This document shows, piece after piece, positions 58,231-64,000 of a stretch of 64,000 bases of DNA. The stretch is from positions 4,960 through 68,959 of the forward strand of contig CAYYAR010000018.1 in assembly GCA_964470065.1 (NCBI GenBank), in the 5' to 3' direction. Every line of letters begins with the position of its first letter. Position 1 is the first letter of the stretch. The position numbers were made by a program, and so were the translations under genes. The notes under the pieces are model-generated. The model was given only the letters and a program-made list of their open reading frames with translations, did not search any database and had not been told where the DNA came from. Source of the DNA: an uncultured Verrucomicrobiota bacterium. Lineage in GTDB: Bacteria > Verrucomicrobiota > Kiritimatiellia > CAIVKH01.

Positions 58231-59451
58231 ATGACACACTCCACCATCCCCGCCACGGAGGCGGAAAAACGCCACCCGAAAATCTGGGTCACCTTGAAGA
58301 TCATCCTGCCGTTTATCGCGGTGTTGGCTGGCGTCATCATCATGACAACCCTGATGAAAACCGCACCCACCGCGACCCGCAAGCCGCCGGCCCGCACCGC
58401 CCGCCTCGTCGAAGTGGTCGCGATCGCGCGCACGAATGCCCGCGCCGTCATTCCGGCGATGGGACTGGTGCAACCGTCCCGCGAAATCACACTCCACCCG
58501 CAGGTCAGCGGCGCCATTCTCGAGATCAGCGAAGAGCTAATCCCCGGCGGAACCAGGCGCGCCGGCGACTGGCTGGTGAAAATTGATCCGGCCGACTACG
58601 AAATCGCCCTGCGCCGCGCCGAGGCCGAGCTCGCCGCCGCTCAAGGCAACCTCACGCTTGAGCAAGGCCAGCAAGTGGTCGCCCGCAAGGAATTCGAGTT
58701 GCTCGGCAGCGACGTCATCTCACCCGAAGAGCGCGCGCTGATCCTGCGTGAACCGCAACTCGCCGCCGCCCAGGCGCGCCTTGACAGCGCGCGCGCTGCT
58801 CTCGATCTGGCCCGCCTGCATCTCGAACGCACCACCGTGACCGCGCCCTTCAACGCCGTTGTGCGCGAGCGTCACGTAAACACCGGCACCCAGGTTTCCC
58901 CGTCGACGCCGATCGCCACAATCACCGGCGCCGATACGTACTGGATCATCGCGCCGGTGCCGGTGAGTCAATTGCGCTGGATCGAAATTCCAGACGGGGC
59001 GCCGTCCACGGGTTCGCCGGTGCGCGTGACCGCCGGCGAGGGCGCGCCGCGCGAGGGTCGGGTGTTGCGCCGCCTGACGAATCTGGAAGAGGGCGGCCGC
59101 ATGGCCCAAGTGCTGATTGAAGTGAACGATCCGCTCGGTGGCGATTCCTCGCCGCTACTCATCGGCGATTTTGTCCGCGTGGAAATCGAAGGCGTGGAGA
59201 TCACGGATGTCGTCGCGCTCGACCGCCGCTTTCTTCGCGGTCACCACGAGGTATGGATCATGACCAGCGATGACACTCTGGATATCCGGCCGGTGGACAT
59301 TGCCTTTCGCGGCGAGCGCGATGTGCTGGTGAGGAGCGGACTCAACGAAAACGAGCGCATCGTTATCACCGATCTTGCCGCACCGGTCAACGGCATGAAG
59401 CTTGCCACCAGTGCGTCCGCGCCCGCAAGCGGCGGCGGAGGCCCGCGATGA
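58231..59451 (+). CDS. RND efflux periplasmic adaptor (membrane fusion protein, HlyD/AcrA family).
   Basis: N-terminal TM anchor, coiled-coil hairpin (ELAAAQGNL ... LDSARAALDLARL), and beta-barrel/lipoyl-like segments. Confidence 0.85.
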   Translation: MTHSTIPATEAEKRHPKIWVTLKIILPFIAVLAGVIIMTTLMKTAPTATRKPPARTARLVEVVAIARTNARAVIPAMGLVQPSREITLHPQVSGAILEISEELIPGGTRRAGDWLVKIDPADYEIALRRAEAELAAAQGNLTLEQGQQVVARKEFELLGSDVISPEERALILREPQLAAAQARLDSARAALDLARLHLERTTVTAPFNAVVRERHVNTGTQVSPSTPIATITGADTYWIIAPVPVSQLRWIEIPDGAPSTGSPVRVTAGEGAPREGRVLRRLTNLEEGGRMAQVLIEVNDPLGGDSSPLLIGDFVRVEIEGVEITDVVALDRRFLRGHHEVWIMTSDDTLDIRPVDIAFRGERDVLVRSGLNENERIVITDLAAPVNGMKLATSASAPASGGGGPR

Positions 59452-62400
59452 CCGACGGGGTCAACGCCGGCGTGGAGCAAACCACGCGCGGTCCCATCGC
59501 GTGGATGGTGCGCAACCGGGTCACACCCAACCTGGTGATGCTTTTCCTGCTCATCGGCGGATTGTTTACGCTCACCCGTATCAAGCAGGAGGTCTTTCCG
59601 GAATTTTCGCTGGATATGGTGACCATTTCGGTGCCCTACCCCGGCGCCAGTCCGGAAGAGGTCGAGTCCGGCATCATCCTCGCCATCGAGGAAGCGGTGC
59701 GCGGGGTCGAAGGCGTCAAGCGGGTCACGTCTACCGCGCGCGAAGGCGCGGGCACGGTGAACGTCGAATTGCTTGCCGATGCCGATCAGCAAAAGACCTA
59801 TCAAGATATTCAGCAGAACGTAAACCGCATCACCACGCTTCCGCTCGACGCCGAGGATCCGCAGGTGGTGCTGGAGATTCGACGTCGCGAAGTAATGGAA
59901 TTGCAGATCTACGGCGACACCAGCGAGTTTGTCCTGCGCGCCGTGGCGGATGACATGCGAGACCGCCTGCTGCAGCGGAGCAACATTACCCAGATTGATC
60001 TTTTCGGCGTGCGCGACTACGAGATGAAAGTCGAAATCGCGCCGGAAACGCTTCGCGCCTACAACCTCACCCTCGCCGATGTGGCCGCGGCCATCCGGCG
60101 CACCGCGGTGGAAATTCCCGGCGGCAGCCTCCGCACCGAGGGCGGCGAAATTCTCATGCGCTTCAAGGAGCGGCGCGACTGGGCCCGCGAGTTCGCGGAC
60201 CTGCCCGTGGTCGTCACGGCCGGCGGCGCGCGCTTGCGCCTGGGCGATATCGCCGCCGTGCGCGACGACTTCGAGGAAGTGGATCGGTTCGGGCGTTTCA
60301 ACGGGATGCCGGCGGTCGGCATGGAAATTTACCGCATCGGCAACGAGACGCCGATCGGCGTCGCCCGCGCGGTGCGGGAGGCGCTGGAGGAAATCGAGCC
60401 GACCCTGCCGGATGGCATTTTCTACACCATCACCAATGACTGGTCGGAAATTTATTCCGACCGCATGGCCCTGCTCACCAAGAACGCCGCGGTGGGACTT
60501 CTGCTCGTGCTGTTCATGCTCGGATTTTTCCTCGAGTTCAAACTCGCCTTCTGGGTCACCATGGGTATTCCGATCGCGTTTTTGGGAACTATTGTTTTCC
60601 TGCCCTCGCTTGATGTGTCGATCAACATGATTTCAATGTTCGCCTTTATCATCGCGCTCGGAATCGTGGTCGATGATGCCATCGTCACCGGCGAAAACAT
60701 CTACGAAGAGCGGCAGCGCGGCATCAACAACATCGACGCCGCAATCATCGGCACGCACGCGGTCGCGGTGCCCGTGACCTTCAGTATCCTGACCAACATC
60801 ATCGCGTTCGCGCCATTGCTCTTCGTGCCGGGCATGCTCGGGAAAACCTGGTCGGTGATTCCGTATGTGGTCATTACCGTTTTCGTGCTCTCCTGGTTCG
60901 AGGCGCTGTTCGTGTTGCCATCGCACCTGGCCCATGTATCCAGTGCGCCGCGGACCGGAATAGCCGCGTTTCTGCATCATCGCCAGCAAGCCTTCGGCCG
61001 TGCCGTGGTCCGCTTTGCCGAGCGCACATTTGGTCCCTTCCTCGATCTGTGTCTGCGCTGGCGCTACGTAACCGTCGGTATCAGCATCGCCATTCTTCTG
61101 ACCATTCTCGGCACGGTCATGAGCGGACGCACCGGTTTCATACTCATGCCACGCGTGGAGGCTAATCGATCGGTCGTGACAGCCACGCTGCCTTACGGCA
61201 GTCCGCTTTCCCGGATCAACGAGGTCAACGACCTGCTCGTCGCCGCGGCTCAGCGGGTGGTCGATGCGCATGGCGGGGATGAATTATGCCAGGGCATTTT
61301 TTCCGGGATCAATGACAACGTTATCGAAATTTCGGTTTATTTGACACCGCCCCAGGTGCGGCCGATCAGCACCACGCGATTGACCCAGCTGTGGCGCGAG
61401 ACCACCGGCCCGATTCCCGGCGTCGAGTCGATCCAGTTCCAGGCGGATCGCGGAGGGCCCGGTTCCGGCGCCGCACTCACCATCGAGTTGAGCCATCGCG
61501 ACATTCCCACGCTGGAGCGGGCGAGCCTGGCCCTCGCCGCTCGCCTCGCCGATTTTCCCAATGTGAAGGACATCGATGCCGGCTACACACCGGGCAAGCG
61601 CCAGTTTGATTTTGTGCTCAAACCCGAGGGTCGACGCCTCGGGTTGACCAGCGAGAACGTGGCGCGACAATTGCGCGCTTCGTTCTATGGCGCGGAGGCC
61701 TTGCGCCAGCAGCGGGGACGCAGCGAGGTCAAGGTCATGGTCAAGCGGCCGGCCGACCGTCGCGCGAGCGAATACGATCTGGAGAACTTTCTCGTGCGCA
61801 CCCCGGACGGACTCGATGTTCCGCTCATGGACATCGCGGAGATTTCGCGCGGCCGCGCCTATACCAGCATTCAGCGCAACGACGGACGCCGCATCCTGCA
61901 AGTCAAAGCCGACGTCGATCCGATCGGCGAGGCCAACCAGGTGAAGGCCTCGATCGACGCGAACATCCTGCCACCACTGATGAAGGATTTTCCCGGGCTC
62001 ACCGCGGGCTATGAAGGCCGTCAGGCCGACACGCGCGACAGCCTGCGCGCCCTCGGAGCGGGCTTCGCAATGGTCCTCTTCATCACCTATTTTCTGCTCG
62101 CCATCCCGTTCCGCAGCTACATTCAACCTGCGATTGTCATGCTCAGCATTCCTTTCGGCATCATCGGGGCGGTGCTCGGCCACATGGTGATGGGCTACAA
62201 CCTCAGCGTTATCAGCATTATGGGCATGATCGCTCTCGCCGGTGTGGTTGTGAATGGTTCGCTGGTGCTGATTGATTATGCCAATCGATTGCAGCGCGAG
62301 GGCGTGAATGCGTACGAAGCCATTCATAACGCCGGCGTTCGCCGTTTCCGCCCGATCGTGCTCACCACAATCACAACCTTCGGCGGCCTTGCCCCGATGA

Positions 62401-62555
62401 TCTTCGAGACCTCGCGCCAGGCGCGCTTCATGATTCCCATGGCCCTGTCCCTGGGCTACGGCATTCTGTTTGCAAGCGCGATTTGCCTGGTGCTGGTGCC
62501 AGCGCTCTACATGATTATCGAGGATGTGCGGATCATCCGGCAACGGCGGTCCTGA
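59448..62555 (+). CDS. RND efflux transporter permease (AcrB/CzcA superfamily), 1035 aa.
   Basis: 12-TM topology with two large periplasmic loops, and the conserved TM4 motif [16 protein letters not shown]. Confidence 0.9.
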   Translation: MTDGVNAGVEQTTRGPIAWMVRNRVTPNLVMLFLLIGGLFTLTRIKQEVFPEFSLDMVTISVPYPGASPEEVESGIILAIEEAVRGVEGVKRVTSTAREGAGTVNVELLADADQQKTYQDIQQNVNRITTLPLDAEDPQVVLEIRRREVMELQIYGDTSEFVLRAVADDMRDRLLQRSNITQIDLFGVRDYEMKVEIAPETLRAYNLTLADVAAAIRRTAVEIPGGSLRTEGGEILMRFKERRDWAREFADLPVVVTAGGARLRLGDIAAVRDDFEEVDRFGRFNGMPAVGMEIYRIGNETPIGVARAVREALEEIEPTLPDGIFYTITNDWSEIYSDRMALLTKNAAVGLLLVLFMLGFFLEFKLAFWVTMGIPIAFLGTIVFLPSLDVSINMISMFAFIIALGIVVDDAIVTGENIYEERQRGINNIDAAIIGTHAVAVPVTFSILTNIIAFAPLLFVPGMLGKTWSVIPYVVITVFVLSWFEALFVLPSHLAHVSSAPRTGIAAFLHHRQQAFGRAVVRFAERTFGPFLDLCLRWRYVTVGISIAILLTILGTVMSGRTGFILMPRVEANRSVVTATLPYGSPLSRINEVNDLLVAAAQRVVDAHGGDELCQGIFSGINDNVIEISVYLTPPQVRPISTTRLTQLWRETTGPIPGVESIQFQADRGGPGSGAALTIELSHRDIPTLERASLALAARLADFPNVKDIDAGYTPGKRQFDFVLKPEGRRLGLTSENVARQLRASFYGAEALRQQRGRSEVKVMVKRPADRRASEYDLENFLVRTPDGLDVPLMDIAEISRGRAYTSIQRNDGRRILQVKADVDPIGEANQVKASIDANILPPLMKDFPGLTAGYEGRQADTRDSLRALGAGFAMVLFITYFLLAIPFRSYIQPAIVMLSIPFGIIGAVLGHMVMGYNLSVISIMGMIALAGVVVNGSLVLIDYANRLQREGVNAYEAIHNAGVRRFRPIVLTTITTFGGLAPMIFETSRQARFMIPMALSLGYGILFASAICLVLVPALYMIIEDVRIIRQRRS

Positions 62556-62644
62556 CGGCCGGCGTTGGACCACCACACAGGATCCGGGGATAACGCGGGA
62601 TCACCTGTTCGGCAAACGCCGAACCCCGGCCCCCTTCCACCGCC

Positions 62645-63286
62645 CTACAATACCCCCAAATCCCTCGCCCGGTTGACCGCCTCCGTGCGGTTGTGCGCAT
62701 GAAGTTTGGCGTAGATTCTTTTCAGGTGCGTGTGCACGGTGGCCGGACTGATAAAGAGCGTGTCGGCAATTTTGCTGCGCGAGTGACCGAGGGCCACCCA
62801 TTGCAGAATTTCCTGTTCGCGTTTACTCAGCGTGTCGGATGCCGCGGGCTTGTCCTTGCCCGCCGGAGGTTGCAATTCCCGGATGATCTCGCGGGCAATG
62901 CGCGGCGTCATCGGCGCTCCACCGTCGAGCAATTCGCGTACCGCCTTGACGAGCAAGGCCGCGGAAGAGCCTTTGACAATATAACCATGCGCACCGCGCC
63001 GGATGGCCGACAACACGGTGGGACGATCCTCGGCAATGGTGTATACGAGAATGTGAAGATGGTTGTGCTGTACCGACAGCCGCGTGACGAGATCAATGCC
63101 ATTCATTCCGGGCAGATCAAGATCAACGATCAAAACATCGACCGCGGACCAATCGAGGTCGGCAAGGGCGCGCTCGGCCGTGCGGAAGGCGCCGGCAATG
63201 GCAAAGTCCGGCTCGCCCTCGAACGCCCGCCGCAAACCCTGCAGTAACACATGGTCATCCTCGACCAGGCAGAGTCGCGCGATCAT
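62645..63286 (-). CDS. Two-component response regulator, NarL/LuxR family (REC + HTH_LuxR).
   Basis: Phospho-acceptor DLDLPGMNG, and the C-terminal LSKREQEILQWVALGHSRSKIADTLFISPATVHTHLKRIYAKL. Confidence 0.9.
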   Translation of the reverse strand: MIARLCLVEDDHVLLQGLRRAFEGEPDFAIAGAFRTAERALADLDWSAVDVLIVDLDLPGMNGIDLVTRLSVQHNHLHILVYTIAEDRPTVLSAIRRGAHGYIVKGSSAALLVKAVRELLDGGAPMTPRIAREIIRELQPPAGKDKPAASDTLSKREQEILQWVALGHSRSKIADTLFISPATVHTHLKRIYAKLHAHNRTEAVNRARDLGVL

Positions 63287-64000
63287 GAAGTCTTTTCCAC
63301 CTGTCGCATAAGATCCGGCAAAGGAAGCGGAAGTGTCATGATAATCGTAACGCCAGCATGTCCTTGTATATCAACCGTGCCACCCAACTCAATCACCCGC
63401 CGGCGGATATGGCTTAATCCCCGTCCCGGTTCAAGATTTTCCGGCAATCCGCGGCCGTCATCGGCAATACGGATTGTGCACTGTTCCGGCGCGAACGACA
63501 ACCACACCTGGACCTGGCGGGCGGCGGCGTGACGGGACGAATTGTGGAGCGCCTCGCGACAAGCACGATAAAGCGACATCGCCGATAGCAAGTGCAACGA
63601 TCCGGACGGAGGCTCCCCCTGTACTTCGATGTCAAAACGGGCCGCGGATTCCGGAAAGATCACACGACCATAGCGGCGAATTTCGTCGATCAAGTCCGGC
63701 CAGGTGAGTTCGTGCCGCTCGAGCGACCCCATGAGGGTGCGGATTTCCGCGTTACCTTCGCGGGCAAGCCCGGCGATGTGATGGAATCGCGCCCCGGGAT
63801 CATCACCATGATAGGTGCGGTCCGCCAGTACCGCGATCTTGGCCATAATACCGCCCACACCATCGTGAAGATCTCGCAGCATGAGTTCCTGCTGGCGCAC
63901 AAGCTGGCGTTGTTCGTAATCGCGAATGCGCGTGGTGACATCCTCCCAGATCACCATGTACGCCCGGTGACCGCGATCATCCTCGCGAAGCGGACGGGTG
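63283..64000 (-). CDS. Sensor histidine kinase (HisKA_3 + HATPase_c), N-terminally truncated by the window end.
   Basis: H-box LHDGVGGIMAKI, and the ATPase G-boxes (DDGRGLP, GRGLSHIRRRVIELGG). Overlaps the RR gene by 4 bp. Confidence 0.8.
   Translation of the reverse strand, partial: TRPLREDDRGHRAYMVIWEDVTTRIRDYEQRQLVRQQELMLRDLHDGVGGIMAKIAVLADRTYHGDDPGARFHHIAGLAREGNAEIRTLMGSLERHELTWPDLIDEIRRYGRVIFPESAARFDIEVQGEPPSGSLHLLSAMSLYRACREALHNSSRHAAARQVQVWLSFAPEQCTIRIADDGRGLPENLEPGRGLSHIRRRVIELGGTVDIQGHAGVTIIMTLPLPLPDLMRQVEKTS

Overview
High-GC (~62%) chromosomal window from a diderm bacterium. The phylum cannot be fixed from this window; PVC-group or Acidobacteria-like are possible. Mostly housekeeping genes at high coding density: dnaK-groES-groEL, a probable oriC next to dnaA, gltX, pdxJ, nnr, tlyA, htrA, two ABC-F ATPases (Uup-like and EttA), LPS-core and peptidoglycan-recycling genes, and an OMF-MFP-RND efflux operon with a divergent NarL-type two-component system.

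The non-ordinary content is:
1. An intergenic island at 4.66-6.24 kb. It is full of ~100-bp hairpin (MITE-like) repeats in both orientations, and a small GIY-YIG nuclease gene sits between two inverse copies. This is a candidate mobile unit.
2. A second family of ~95-bp intergenic elements. Each carries TTCCA-N5-TGGAA palindromes and a conserved 3' box CACAACTTCTATGTCCCCGTC. Two copies flank uup, one lies near the amylase gene, and a twin-palindrome version lies in the malK/namZ divergent promoter.
3. Two in-frame palindromic insertions inside a fused murU-amgK gene.
4. An extracellular alpha-glucan system. It has two secreted GH13 (TreZ-like, CBM48) enzymes, one with five tandem CBM-like modules. 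It also has a 2852-aa GH13_5-like amylase packed with thrombospondin-type-3 Ca-binding repeats, and a cytoplasmic GH57 branching enzyme.

No rRNA, tRNA, CRISPR, IS transposase or prophage genes were seen. The first gene (1-2659, minus strand) is absent from the ORF track because it starts with GTG and runs off the window edge.
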